Shown here one piece after another: positions 12,071-26,035 of a stretch of DNA of 64,000 nucleotides; position 1 is the first letter of the stretch; every line of letters begins with the position of its first letter. Under the pieces are notes generated by a model. That model ran no database searches. It saw nothing but the letters and a program-made list of their open reading frames with translations, and had not been told where the DNA came from. The translations under genes and the position numbers were made by a program. Source of the DNA: Lama glama (taxonomy: Eukaryota); assembly GCA_028534125.1 (NCBI GenBank), contig CM052817.1, positions 31,994,001 to 32,058,000 of the forward strand, read 5' to 3'.

Positions 12071-15000
12071 ATGATAGTATTTCCCTTGGATAATTTCTTC
12101 CTTCAGTGTCCAAAGGCATATGCTTTGGCTCCCAGGCATATCAATCAATGACCTAATCAGTTCTACTACAGCCTGCCTATCTTATGAATCCTCCAGGATT
12201 GAGATGAAAAAGCATCTGTCTAGGAATGACATTGGCCTATCCTAGAGCATACCAATGAAAGCTGATGTGATGGAATGGCTCTCTCCCAAAGGACTTAAAT
12301 CAAGGCACTAAGGGAAAAAGGCTCATAACTGATGTTCATCAAACTCCTTAAATTCCACAATAAGAAATTAAGCATATATGAAAATAATAACTGTTTAATG
12401 TATATTATTTTCTCTTTGACAGTTGTGACCTTACTTCCCAGCAGACTTCAACCACATATTAACATTTACCATTTGTCTGGATATAGTTTAAAAATACAAA
12501 GCATCTTAGTGCTACATAAATTAGGAACAGTTTTGGGAAAAAAACCCAACAACAACAACAAGAGAAAACTTCAGGTGTTTATCCAACAATGAACTGTTTT
12601 GGATAAATGAAAGGAGGACTAGAGTTCAAAGAAATGAAACTCATGTCTCAACAAGCCAAAAGCTATTAAAAGAGCCTGAGTAACAAGCTTTCACCCCTAC
12701 CCCAACACCTCAATGGAAATTAATGACACAGAGTGATGTTTGAAATAATGGGCGTTTTGTTTTAAAAATCAAGTCCAAGGTGTTAATGCTTACTATTGGA
12801 GTTTGGAATGCCCAGATGGTTGGGCTTCACAACCGATTCAACATGCCTGAGTCTTGTTGGGACACAACACAAGGTTAATGCAGGTGGTCAGAGCAGACAG
12901 TCAAAATTTAAAATACACTGTCGTTATAATGATTTTGAGTAGGTCTTAATGAAAGCTAAACCTAAAAGTATAGTAGAGAGACTGATGAAAAACAAGATTT
13001 GATTAAAAGGACTTGAACTAAAAAGGTTCCATAAAAGTTTAAAACAGTGTGCTCGAACATTCCCATTTTTACAGCTTCACCTATGTATGTTGTATAGTCG
13101 TCGCTCCCCTTGAGAAATGCCTCTTCTCCAGATTTTTTTCCTCCCCAAGTCTTTACCCAAAGCTGCTGCCAAAATCAACTTCCTCTGCTGCCATTCTGAC
13201 AATGTCACTCCCTTCCTAAAACTCCCTTTAATGGCCTTTGCTGGTCTTTGTGTGAGTGGCAGACTTCTTGCCCTGCCTTTAGGATAAACACACTATTTCT
13301 GCCCAGATTTATTCAAGGCTCCTACCTATTTTTACAAATCCACATGTCATCTTCCTCTCCATATAGACTGATTATCTTTCAGTTTCTCAACTTCTTTATG
13401 TTTAGACTGTAAACATTTTAGTTAGTTTTGGTCAATAAGTGTTCCTCATTTTATCTCAACCTTCCCCTTCACTCGCCCCCCAACACAAATAGACTTCCAC
13501 TAAAAATCTCTAGAGCTATGTACCTTATTCAAATTTTTTCTGAAATTAGATTATTTTTGTTAAGAACTACACAAGTAGTCATCTAAAAATTTTTGTCCAC
13601 TAAAAACCAGACAACAGCAAAAATAAAATACTCTTAAAAGATGAAAATAAGGCTGTGGAATTTCCCTAAGAGGCAAAAAGATTTTTCAGAATGAATCACA
13701 GGAAAAAATATTTAATATTTTTATCACAGGCAACTTCTAGGAAAAGGTTCTCCAGATTCTGAAATAGCACCAATGCTATGTTCTTTTTTCTTCGTCATCT
13801 TTTTTTTTTTTTTTAACATAAAAGGCCTGAATTCAAGTCCCAGGTTGGTTATTTGCAAATTCTGTTATTTTTGTCATTCAATCTTTTTGAGCCTCAACTT
13901 CTTGTTTGTAAAGTGGAAATAACAATACCTATTTGAGCTTTTCTGAAGATTCAATAGTATTTGTAAAAATGCTTTGTAAAAAGTGCTACACAAATACAAG
14001 ATATTATTATTACTTCCTTCAAATGTTCCCTTTTGACTGAGAACTTTCCCAGGATTTCCCCTTTCCCATGTATTTTTACTTGGAGACAAATCTGGTAGTG
14101 GAGTTATAAACTTACCTTCTAAACGGGAAACTGTTCTAAATCTTCCAGAGATATTGAATATTGTTGCCAATAATTTCTTCTGTCATTATTGGACTTTATA
14201 GGTAAACAGAGAAACTAATCTCATTTTATTATTATAATTTTTAAAATATAGAAATTATATACAAGAAAATAAAATTTATCAGCAGTCTCACCACCCAAAA
14301 ACACAACTATTAGAATTTTGGTGGTTTTTTAAAAATATCTTTTCCTAATGCATATGTATAACCTTTATGGAGTGTTTGTCCATGACAGAGGCTTTCTATG
14401 AATTATCTAATTTATTCTTCACAACAACCTTGTGAGGCAGGTACTATGAGTCTCTTCTACCTTTCAGAGGAACAATCAGTTCAGAGAGATTAACTTGCTG
14501 AAAGTTACACGAGTTAGGTGGCTGCCTGATGCTGACATCCCTCTGTGAAAATCTCCATTATTCCAAGTAGGTTACTGTGGTCCTACTGTGCATGCCACAT
14601 TCTTCACTTGTAAAATAATGGCTATTTTACTGTGCTATTCTTTATTGACTAGAAACATGATTTTTAATAATCTTTGTGGTTTGGATGAGTCATAATTTAA
14701 TTCATTAGCCCCCTGTTGTGGGATACTTATGTTATTTCCAATTTTTCACTGAACAGAATTCTGGTTTTCAGTAATAATTAAATATATGCTCAATATCCAA
14801 AACTTTTTTTTTAACATAAGGAAATTGATCATAACATAAAAATCCTCTGTGTACCCTTCTCCAACGAGAAATTCCACCACTACCTCTTTTTTTTTTTTGA
14901 GATAACTACTCCTAACAGTTTCATACACATTTTCCCAGAATTTTTTTCTTCTTTTAATGTCATTTAATTTTTTGTTAAAAAAAAAAAGAAAAAAGAACTC

Positions 15001-15077
15001 ATCCGGTTCGTGTTTTGCAACCTACTTTTTTGTCTTTGCAGGATTTCATGGACATCTTTCCATGTCAGTCCATGTGT

Positions 15078-15540
15078 TTATCAGGACCCTTTCTGTGGCA
15101 AGAAATAGACACCAATTCAAATCAAACTAGATTAAAAAGGGATTTCTTTTTTGGCTCATGTAGTTGCAAAGTCCAGAGGCAGATCTATACCTCATGTGCA
15201 GCTGGGTCCAAGTGGCCTAAAGATAGCATCAGGAAACCCTCTCCCGCTCCCACTCTGGTCTCTGCCTTTCTCTGCATCGGCTTCCTGCCTGGGCAAGCAA
15301 CAGCAGGTTAGCAAGCCCTGTGGAAGGAGTGTGACTCTCTCCCAATACTTTCAGCCAAAATCCCAGAATGGACAATCATGAGCCCCACTTGCATCATGGG
15401 TCCATAGCTAGAACTGAGGGGCAGAATCAACTTCAGCCTCACCACACGAACTAAAAATGAGCAACACTTAGTTTCACAAAGGAACATCAGGGTACTGCTG
15501 CCAAAAGAAGGAAGGAGACTGGGCAGGTGCAACAATAAAT
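15078..15540 (-). mobile_element. Old MaLR LTR (MLT1J/K-like)
   Basis: gtggcaagaaatagacaccaattcaaatcaaactag...ttggctcatgtagttgcaaagtcc pattern. Confidence 0.55.
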
Positions 15541-15826
15541 GCTTGCTAAGGTACATATAGATCTGTCTCATGATGTGTGATTGATAGTTTATTTTTTAAC
15601 TTGGCGATTGGATCATAATTTGTTCCATAACCAACCTACTAATGAGCAGCTCAGCTATTCTCACCAAATAGTCTAAACCAATATATTTTATACTTACATT
15701 GTCGATTTTTTTAAAAAAGTTTTAAGCAACCTTAGCACTCAACTAATTTCATATTTCCTACATAATACATCACAGCCTTCTTATTCATTTGGCAGTACTT
15801 CACATAGAAATAAATACACCATGCAT

Positions 15827-16296
15827 TGTGGATTGATTTGTGTACCCTTCAAAATATATGGAAGTCCTAACCCCCAGTACTTCAGAATGTGACCTTATTT
15901 GGAAATAGGGTCTTCACAGAGGTAATCAAGTTAACATGAGGTCATAAGGATTGACCCCAACCTAGTGTAACTGATGTCCTTACAGGAAGGGGTCATTTGG
16001 ACAGAAAGACAGACACACAGAGGGGGAGACCATGTCGAGACACAGGGAGAAGCCAGCCATGTGACTAGAGCCATATGACTTGGCATCTACAAGCCAAGGA
16101 ACACCAAGGATCGCTGGCAAACACCAGAAGTTTCAAGAGACAAGAAAGGATTCTTTTCTGGAGCCATCAGAGGGAGCATGACCCTGCTGACACTCAATTT
16201 CAGACTTCTAGACTCTAGAACTGTCAAACAGTAATTTTTTTATTTTAAACCACCCAAATTTTGGTACTGTTATGGTATTCTTATGAAACTAATACA
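15827..16296 (+). mobile_element. MaLR solo LTR (MLT1B/C-like)
   Basis: TG start, gaatgtgaccttatttggaaatagggtc core, ...aactaataCA end. Confidence 0.82.
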
Positions 16297-17207
16297 TGGC
16301 ACTCACTTTTCCTGAAGGACCCTAAAATGTCAGTGAAATGCAAATGAAAACGAGATCATTACTTCATGTCTAAAAGATTGGCAAAAATTAGAAGGCTGGG
16401 CAAAGCCAAGAGTTGATGGGGCTGTGGGAGTATGGGCATCAGAAGTCTCATGAATCCAGGTGGAAGCACAGCGGGGGCAGCCATGCTGGAGAGCAATCTA
16501 GCAGTGCTTAGTCCAACACAGAACATGCATAGTCATTCTCCTCCTGGGTAGCTAAGTTCTAAAGAATTCTCAGGTCCATGAGGGAATGTGTTCAAGGAGG
16601 TTTGTTGTATCACTACTTATGATGGTGAGAAGCTTGAAGCAGCCTGTATGGCCGTGCCTGGGCAGTGAGTGTGTGCAGAGGCAAAACTGGTGAAATACAC
16701 ACTGTGGACTACTGTGCAGTCACCAGAAGCAGCAGATTACATATGCACAAAGCAGCATGGGTGCATTTTAGAAATACGGTCCTGAATTTGAAAACAACAG
16801 CAACAAAACAGAATTTATGTAAACGTGAAATACAAGCACATATGTGTAGCCAGGGTTGAGAAGCCACTGTATGAATATCCTGAACAGAAAGTCAGGAAGG
16901 AGTATTGTATCAGAAGCCAAAAGAAAGACAACTTCATGTGGGGTGGGGGTGATTAAAAATATCAAATGCTGCACAAACATAAAAATAAGATATGAAAGGA
17001 ATCCAAGTAATTTAGTAACTAAGAGACCATTATTTACCTTCGGAGAAGAGGTTCAGAGGAGAATTGAGGGGTAAAAGACAGTAGTTTGAGGAATGACTGG
17101 GAAACGAGACCCTGGAGATACGGAAGGTAGATGACTTTTTCCAGAAAAACATAATAGTCCACTTGACCGACAGCCCTGATATCAAGCTATAGTTTTACAT
17201 GACACAC

Positions 17208-17736
17208 TGTGGTGGATTTAAAATATGTTCATAAAACCTGTGATCCTCCTCTTTCAAGAAGTGGAGTTCAATTTCCCCTCCCCTTGGGTGTGGGTCAGAC
17301 TTCGTGCTTCTTTACTGGATTTATTTGCTTCTAACAAATAAATATGGATGAAGCAGTGGTGATGGCTTCAGATACTAGGTCATAAAAGGCACTGCATCCT
17401 CCTCCTCTTTCTCCCTTGGAGTACTGGCTCTCGGTACCAGCTGCCTGGTCATGAGGACACTGACGCAGCCATATGGAGAGGAACTGAGGCCCTCACCAGC
17501 AACCAGGTGAGTAAGCTGCCTTGGAAATGGGGCCTCCAGCACCAAGTGAAGCCTTCAGACGCTTGTAACCCCAGCCTACATCCCAACCAAAGCCTTAGGG
17601 GACACCCTGAGCCAGAAACACACAGCGAACCCATTCCCAAATTCCTGACCCATAAAAATTGAGACGATAAATGTTTATTGTTTTAAGCTGCTAAGCTTGT
17701 GAGTAATTTCTATGCAATAATGGATAGCTAATACAT
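17208..17736 (+). mobile_element. MaLR solo LTR (MLT1F/G-like)
   Basis: tgtggtggatttaaaatatg...gaggaactgaggcc...ttgttttaagctgctaag...gctaataca. Confidence 0.75.
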
Positions 17737-18479
17737 GCAATACACGGATAGTAAACAACTTGAGTCCTTATATGGCTAATACTCTGAGTTATTTCAGATA
17801 GATCTGAGAAAAAGACATATTACATAAGATTTATCAGAAATTTCCCTCGTCTTTCTTACTCCAATTTGTCTTTACATCCGTGCATGTTTAGTTTGCAGTT
17901 ATATTTAGAAGAAAATTCTGTCATTTAAATTTAAATGGTGAGCAATGTAATTTTTTTATTACACGGATATGTGGATATAGACATTTTATGCTGGTTTTAT
18001 AAATTAATGATCTCTAGAAAAGACAATGTCTCCATCTTCTAAAATTAGAACAAAGAACACTTTATTCATTCAGTTTCATGTCCGGCTTTAGTATTTGTCA
18101 TTTAAATTCTGGAAAATGTCTGAAAGAAAGTAATCAATTTTTACTACTTCATTAGAACATTTTCTTTGTCAGCTTTGGGAATGGACTTTATACTTTGTTG
18201 GTTTTCAACCTTTCCCTAAATTGCCTGTATAATTTTCTTTCTTCATCTTTTCTCTACTCAGAAAGACTTTTTCTTCAGATTTAGAGTACGTTTTAAAAAA
18301 ATCATTTCAAATTGTGGCTTTTTTTTTTAAAGACCACAGATATACAGAATTAGACTGATTTGACTAATCATACTCTTTAATAGATGGCCCATCTATCACT
18401 GTCTCCCTCCTCCCATTTAAAAAATTAATTTCAGTCACTGTTAATTCTCTACCCCTAGTTTCTTCCCTACCCAGATCCC

Positions 18480-19268
18480 ACACCCAAAGGTTCTGCTTGA
18501 ATTAGTTTGGGAGGCGGCGGGGGGCAGGGGTCCTGGGCCTCATTACTTTCAAAAATCTGACCAGGTGATTCTAATATGTAGCCAAGTTGCGATCCAGCGG
18601 CATGGAGGACCCTTGCTACTCAAAGGTGATCCTAAGACCGGCAGCATTGACCTCACCTGAGAACTTGTTACACATACAGAATCTCAGTTCACACGTCAGA
18701 CATTCAATAGGAATCTGCTTTTAAAATAAATTCCCAGGTGATTCGTAAGCACTTTAAAATTTGGGAAGCACTGACTTGGAGCATAGGCTAGATTCAAATC
18801 CTGCCTGTATCACTCACTAGCTATGTGAACTTGAATAACTTACTCTACTTCCCTGTGCCTCAAATCCCTCATTTGTAGAGTAAGGATAATAACAGCACCC
18901 ACTATCTAAAGAGTTGTTCTGAGGATTTCATACGGCATTGCTCCACAATGTTTAGAACAGTGCCTGGCTCATAGTCAGTACACAAAAATATGAGGTAGTT
19001 TCAGTACTACTTGCCTCTTCTTTCAAGTAATACTTCTTGGACTTTTTTATTCATCATTTAAATCACTGGCTCCCAGTTGCTTCTTTGGCTTGCTGCAGGC
19101 TAACCCCAGCAGAATCAACTGGGAGCTTTAAAAAACCTATAGATCCCTCAGTCTCATCTCCTGAAGATTCTGAATTGGTAAGATTGGGGAGGGGCTCCAG
19201 AGAATTTGTATTGTTAAATCCTCCTGAGGTGATCTGATGCTCGAAGTCCTCAGACTGGGAATCACTGC
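18480..19268. mobile_element. Cluster of MER5-type hAT MITE pieces and a MIR (about 18790-19000)
   Basis: ccaggtgattctaatatgtagcc; ggcagcattgacctcacctgagaacttgtta; ttcaaatcctgcctgtatcactcactagctatgtga. Confidence 0.6.
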
Positions 19269-19269
19269 T

Positions 19270-19990
19270 TTACATACTGGTGTCGCCCAGCATTCATCCC
19301 ACTCATCCACTACTGTACCATCAACTCCGTTGATCACTCCAGCCCAGACCTTCTTCTGAGCTCCAGACTGATGCATCTAACTGTCCACTACAACCCTCCA
19401 TCTGGGTATCCTGTAGACACTGTAAAATCAGCATGTCCGAAATTCAGCCCTCCATCAAAATTTGCCCCTCCAGTATTCTGTCAGTCAGTGGTTCCACCAT
19501 CCAACACTGTGCCCAAAGCCAGAAATCTGGGGGTCATTCTTGTCCTCTTCTGCTTTAACTGCCCTACTGGTATTATTCCTGAAATCTGTTCTCCTGTCTT
19601 TATTACCATTTCAAACATATTAGTTCAGGCTTTCATCTTTTCTATTCTGGACTAAAACAGCTTTAATTAATGTAGCCACTCTCCCTGACTTTAATTTAAC
19701 CTGTGACCTACACAGCTGACAGTGATTTTTCTGAAATTCAAATCTGATCCTATCTCCATTCCCTTTTTTAAAATCCATCTATGTCTTCCCTACTGCCTTC
19801 AAGATAAAATGTAAAATCCTCACCATGACAATACGAGGCCCTTCATGGTATGGTCTCTATCACCCTTATCACTTTCTCTCTACTACTTCTTCTCCAGCTG
19901 TAACTAATATCATTATTTTTTTTGATGCCCAAGGCACCCCACTCTCTCACTTCTTGGTGTGTATACTGCACTTTCCTCCTTGAGCACCCA
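19270..19990 (+). mobile_element. LINE-2 fragment
   Basis: ctccagcccagaccttcttctgagctccagac; gccagaaatctgggggtcattcttg. Confidence 0.6.
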
Positions 19991-20254
19991 TCCCCTTGTT
20001 AGATTCTGTTATCTCTAATTGTGTTTTGAGAATTACATGATATGACACATGTAAAATTCTTAGAACAGCGCCTGGCACAAAGTAAATGCTTGACAAATAT
20101 CAGCTATTATTATTATCTCTGCTGGTGAACTTAGCTTTTTAGCAGCAGAGGCAGTGTTTGTGTTTGATTTTGGTTTTTTTTTTTTAACCTCTGCAGTCTT
20201 TATCAATTCCCTGGCTTATGGTATATACTCATTAATAACTATAAACCTTTTACT

Positions 20255-21253
20255 TATTCTGTCTTTTAACAAATATTAGTTGAGGACTTATGTGCCAGGC
20301 ACTGTTCTAGACACTAGGGATACATCAGTGAAAAAATTAAAATCCTGCCCACATAGTGCCTACCAAGAGACAGAAGAGGACTAAGTAAAATATAGGTCAG
20401 GTGGCAGCAAGCACCATGGAAGTGCAAAAAAGGGCAGGCAGTAGAAGCGGGGATAGGAAATGCTAGGGAGGAGCAGGGGTTGAGGATGGGGAGAAAGAAG
20501 AGATGGGTTGCAATTTTTAAACAAGATGATCAAGAAAGACCCAGTGAGAACATGACAGCCCAGAAAAGATCTGATGCAGATGAGAGACTGACTTATGCAG
20601 ATATCCTAGAGCGCTCAGATACCCAGAGGAAGAAACAATTACAGAGACCCCGAGACCATCTGCTTGGCTTGTCTGAGAAAATACAAGAGCAGTGTTGCTG
20701 GAGTGTAGTCAGCAAGGGGAAAAATAGTAGAATATGAGGTCCAAAGGGAGGTAGAAAAAGATGTAGGGTCTTGGAGACACTGTAAGGACTTTGTCATTTA
20801 CTGGAGAAAGCTGGGAAGCCACTGGAGGGTTCTGATTAGAGGAGTGAAAAACTGACTTGGATTTTAACAAGATCAGTGTGGCTGCTATGTTATGAGTAAA
20901 CTGAAGTAAGGCAGAGAGAGCAGTGGGGGGACTTGAGCAATAATTTAGGCAAAGATGATGGTGATGTGGACCAGTGTGGGAGCAGTAGGTCTAGTGAGAA
21001 AGGATCAGATTGTGGGGATATGACTTGAAGATTAGGTCAGTAGGATTTACCAAGTGAGTGTAAGCAGGGTTTGAGACCAAAAAATTGTCCAGGATAGGAT
21101 ACTTCCAAGGATTTTAGCCCAATAAATTAGAAAGAGGAATTGCCTTCACGTTAGATGGAGAAGATTGAGAATAAGAGGGTAATTTTTTTTCTGTTGTGGA
21201 GTTGGAGATCAGAAATCTGATTTGGGATACGTAAAGTTTGAGATGTCTATTAA

Positions 21254-21298
<45 letters not shown>

Positions 21299-22135
21299 TA
21301 GACAGACAGATGAGTCTGGAGTTCCAGAGAGGTTTGTACTGGAAAACTAAATTTGGGAGTTATCAGAGCATAGATGTTATTTAAACCTCGAAGTTGTATG
21401 AGATTCCCAAGAAAGTGACTACAGAGATGTCCAAAGTCTGAATCCAAGAGCACCCCAAAATTGAGAAGTCAGAAAGAGGAGGAACTAGCAAAAGATACTG
21501 AGAAAGAGAGGCTAGTAAGATTAAAAAAAAGTACAAAAGTGGGATATTTTGGAATCAAGTGAAGAAAATGTTTAAGGAGTGACCAATTGTGTCAAACGCT
21601 TTTCTTAGAATAGGTCAAGTAATACAAGGATTGAGAACTGAAAAATCAGTTTAGTAACATGGAGGCCATGGGAACTTTCACAAGGGCATTTGCAGTGGAA
21701 GAGTAAGGGAAAACACATGCTTGAAGTAGGTCCAAGAGAGACTGGGAGAAGAGGAACTAGAGATAGGAAGTACAGAAAATCCTTTCAAGGAGTTTTACCA
21801 TAAAAGATCAAATTAATATGGTGTGGCATCAAGAGAAATTTTGGGGATTTTGTTGTTGTTAAAGGTGTGAGAATTACAGCTTTTTATAAGCCGATGGTAA
21901 TTTCCAACAGTGAAGGCAAATCAGCGATGTGGGAGAGAATGAGCAGAACTGCTGAAGGGATGTCCTTGAGTAGATGAGAGAGAATGGGATCTACCTCACA
22001 AGTGTAGGGATGGTCTTGGACTGGAGCACAGGCAGAAGATTCACAGGAACAGGGGGAAAGACAGATAATAGGGGCACAGGTGCAGACGGGCCTGCAGATG
22101 TTGTGATAAGAGCCTGTGGCTTCTGATTGCATCTC
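20255..22135 (-). mobile_element. LINE-2 fragment
   Basis: aacaaatattagttgagg...tgtgccaggcactgttctag 3' end; gggaagccactggagggtt; aatttgggagttatcagagcatagatg. Confidence 0.75.
21254..21310. repeat. (GATA)n/(GACA)n compound microsatellite within L2
   Basis: atagatagatagacagacagacagac... Confidence 0.9.
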
Positions 22136-24269
22136 TTAAAGGCCTTCTCAAGAAATATCAGAATACATATTCTATTACATACATAAATGACTTTTCATTT
22201 AGCGAAATTTTTAAAAGACCCCAGCATGCATGATACTGTTGATACGAACACGAGGGGCAAAGTCTCTTTTCTTATAAGAATTAGTATTGTGGGTGAAAAC
22301 AGGTAAACAAATAATGTGGTGTTGAAAGTGTTACCAAAAAGGCATTTGAAAATGCTGCAGGAGCTAAGACTGAGAAAAAACACTGAACAGAATGCTCAGC
22401 ATATACAAGGATGCAGCCAGGACTAATTTCATATGGTTTAATGTTCTGGATCAGTAAACTTTCAAAATTCTATGTTATAACATCTTAAGAATGTGAAGTT
22501 CGCATTTCCTGCACAGATGAACAACTATTTATTTTTTGGTCAATTTGAGGCTAATATCGGAAAACTGGCCTGAAGCTGTTAATACTTCCAGATTTCCAGC
22601 TTGCAAACTTCTAGCCCCTCAATAGCAGACCTCAAACTTGCTTCCATATCAGAAGGTACTTGGCTCTTGAGTCAAAGTTTTCAAAGCATTTTTTTTCATG
22701 CAATACTTTTTCTTAAAAGGAACTCATGAATAATTATATAAATATTTACAGTTAGCTTGAATGTTAAACATTTGGTGGGAGTTCTTAAAATATGTATATT
22801 TTAGACTTTAAAAGAAGTTTAAGGCCCACTCTCTCAGGAGTTATTATTACAAAATGAATTATTCACTTTGTGGTTCTAATCTTATAAGATATAACTTTAA
22901 AACTGAGATTGACATGTAGGACCCAGCTGCAAAAATTCAAAATCAGCTATGTGCAGCTGCACTCTGGTTCCCCTAATTCATCTAACAGCTTTCGGGGGGT
23001 TCTATAAGTGACACAGCAGATGTGCAAGATGGCTTCTGAAACCTAAAGTGGGACAGATGGTTCTCTGGTTGATTGACAGCATGAGGAGCACTGCAGCAAG
23101 GGTCACTTCCTGTGGAGGACTACTCCCCCCACCCACACCCCTGCTTCTGCCCGCAAATGAAAGGGTCATACAAGGAAGAAAAGCAGGGATGGCTACTGCG
23201 AAAGTCTGTTTTCAAATATTCATTATAGTAAGAAGATTTTCAGCAAAATACAGAATCCCCTATATGTGGAAAAAATTCTCCTTTTCTAATCTCTGACAAA
23301 GAGTTGACTCTTTGTATCGTTACCACAAAGTAGATTCATGCTTGAACACAATACTCACGATACTGGAGGTAGATCTGAGATTAACAGAAGAAAGAAGAAG
23401 TAATACAATTGGGATTTATACGCCACTGAATAGCATTGATTAGTACTGGACTAGTTCATCTTTGGAAGCCCCATATTGCCCTTAAAAATAAACTTCTTAT
23501 TTTAAATTTTAATTAGAAATCTGCATAACTATTTGTAATTGTTAACCAGGAATTAGTAGTCTAGACTACACCTGTATGCTTACCCCGTCTCTCCTTTCTT
23601 TTTTTTTTTTTTCCAAATTCCTTTTTAGTGCTTCAAATCTTCAAGAAAAGTAAAAAGAAACTCACATTCATTGCTTATAAACTAAATGCTGGGCCCTGTA
23701 CTAGGGGCTTTCTTATAACTTTATGTGATTGAGGGTCTCAGAGATATTAACTGACTCTCTCTTCTTAGGGTCATATTAATACAGAAACATGGGTCCCTGA
23801 TTTTATTGATGCTTCTCTTCATTTCTTCCGGTGTAAAAGGGAAACCAAACACAAAATACACCCCAGGAAAATATGTCCAAGCCTAAGTTCAGAAGCATGC
23901 TAGGATTCCAAGATTTCTGCCTTCAACCCAGCTCTCAGAAGAAATTTACACAGTGGCATATGCAAGATTTCTCCATAGAAGAGACTCAGAAATAGCAAAG
24001 TGTTTGCAAGGAGGAACTGGGGCTGAACTGTCTTGAAACTTCATTTGCCTATTTGGAGCAAGCTACCAAATAGACCACTGAATTCACATTCTCCTGGGAA
24101 GCCTGTTTTTTGAAGGGTCTTCAATAAGTGCTGCACTTTGATAAAAGTCTGAAAAACAATAGTGGACCCTGTATCTGAAAAAATTTAGACTTTACTCCTG
24201 AGGCTTATGAACTTAACTGAGTTCTGACCATATGGATAGCAACCTTTCAGTTATCTCTTTCCATTCTCA

Positions 24270-26035
24270 AGCCAATCTAGAAGCAATAAATAGCTGAATA
24301 AATGATACAGAAAAATGACTAAGTGATCTGGAAGACAGAATAATGGAAATCACCTAATCAGAACAGCAGACAGAATGACAAGTTAAAGAAAATGAAAGCA
24401 ACATAAGAGATCTGTAGCATAATACAAAGTATGCCAACCCACACATAGTAGGGGTTGCAGAAACAGAAGAGAGAGAAAAGGGGATAAAAAATGTATTTGA
24501 AGAAATTACGGCTGAAAAATTTCCAAACCTAAGGAAGGTAACAGATATCCAGGTACAGGAAACACAAAGGGTCCCAAACAAAATGAAACCAAACAGATCC
24601 ACACCAAGACTTATCATAATTAAAATGTCAAAAGTTAAAGACAAAGAGAGGACTCCAAAGGTAGCAAGAGAAAAACAAAAAGTCAGTTACAAGGGAACCC
24701 CTACAAGGCTATTAGCTGATTTCTCTATAGAAACTTCACAGGTCAGAAGGGAGTGACATGACATATTCAAAGTCCTGAAAGGGAAAAATCTGTAACCTAG
24801 GATACTTTACTCAGCAAGATTATCATTTAGAATAAAAGGAGAAAGAATTTATTAGACAAGCAAAACCAAAAGAATTCATCAATAATAACCATATCCTAAA
24901 AGAAATATTGAAGGCTCTTCCCTAAATAGAAAACAAGCAAGAACCTGTTGGAAAGGGAAAATCAAAATAGGAAAGGCAAATATATAAAAGGATTGAAAAT
25001 CACTTAAATAAGCCAGTACATAGATTAAAAAACAATCACACACTTTTTTTGTAAAGGTGATTATAACTATAATTAACAGCAAAAGAATATAAAGATATAG
25101 GACAGAAAAATCACAGAATGTGGGGGAGGGGAGTATAAAAATGTAGATCTTGTAGAATGTGTTTGAACTTGTATGACTATCAATTCAAAGCAAGTAGATA
25201 TAGTTACGGGTCAACATACTTTAACTCCACGGTAATCACAAATCAAAAACATACAACAGATTCACAAAAACCAAAAAGAAAGGAACTCAAGGATATTACA
25301 AAAGAGAATTATCAAACCACAAAAGAAAACAACAAAAAGAATAAATGAACAAAGAACTACAAAAACAACTGTAAAACAAGGTTAAAAATGGCAATAAGTA
25401 CATACCTATCAATAATTATTTTAATGTCAATGGACTAAATGCTCTGATCAAAAAATAGTGACGGGGGAGGGTATAGCTCAAGTGGTAGAGCACATGTGTA
25501 GTATGCACAAGGTCCTGGGTTCAATTCCTAGTACCTCCTTTAAAAATAACTAACTAAATAAACCTAATTACCTCCTCTACTCCCCTCCCCTCCCAAAAAG
25601 AGAGAAAAGAAAAAAAAATAGAGTGGCAGATTGGATTAATAAAACAAGAACCTACACTATGCTGTCTATAGGAGACTCATTACAGGGTGAAAGACACAGA
25701 TTGAAAGTGAGGGGATGGAAAAAGATATTTCATGCAAATGGAAATGACAAGAAAGTTGGGGTAACTATACCCATATCAGACAAAGCAGACTTTAAAACAA
25801 AGACCATAAGGAAAGACAAAGAAGGACACTATATACTGGTAAAAGGGCAATACAAGAAGAGCATATTACACTTACTAACATATATGCACCCAAGATAAGA
25901 GCACCTAAATATATAAAACAAATACTAACTGTATTTGTTGGTAGGAATGTAAATTGGTCTAGCTACTAGAGAAAACAGTATGAAGGTTCCTTAAAAAACT
26001 AAAAATAGAGCTACCATATGATCCCACTCCTGAGT
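24270..26035 (+). mobile_element. Degenerate LINE-1: ORF1 3' half, spacer, ORF2 endonuclease start, then a short ORF2 C-terminal piece
   Basis: ORF2 start ATGGCAATAAGTACATACC near 25388; ORF 25623..25898 has RLKVRGWKKIFHANGNDKKVGV...DKEGHYI, typical of the L1 endonuclease; 25936-26035 resembles the ...LKKLKIELPYDP region; many stops and frameshifts. Confidence 0.9.
25463..25615 (+). mobile_element. tRNA-derived SINE nested in the start of L1 ORF2
   Basis: GGGGGAGGGTATAGCTCAAGTGGTAGAGC...GGTTCAATTCC; imperfect TSD aaaaaatagtgac / aaaaaatagagtggc; L1 sequence resumes after it. Confidence 0.88.

Noticed and set aside
25463..25540. tRNA-like sequences here and in the other seven SINE heads
   Set aside because: Each carries a SINE-type tail, most have TSDs, and the stems are diverged; they are SINEs, not tRNA genes.
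24354..25898. ORFs 24354..24644, 25157..25348 and 25623..25898 as host genes
   Set aside because: Sense or antisense readings of a degenerate L1 with stops and frameshifts.
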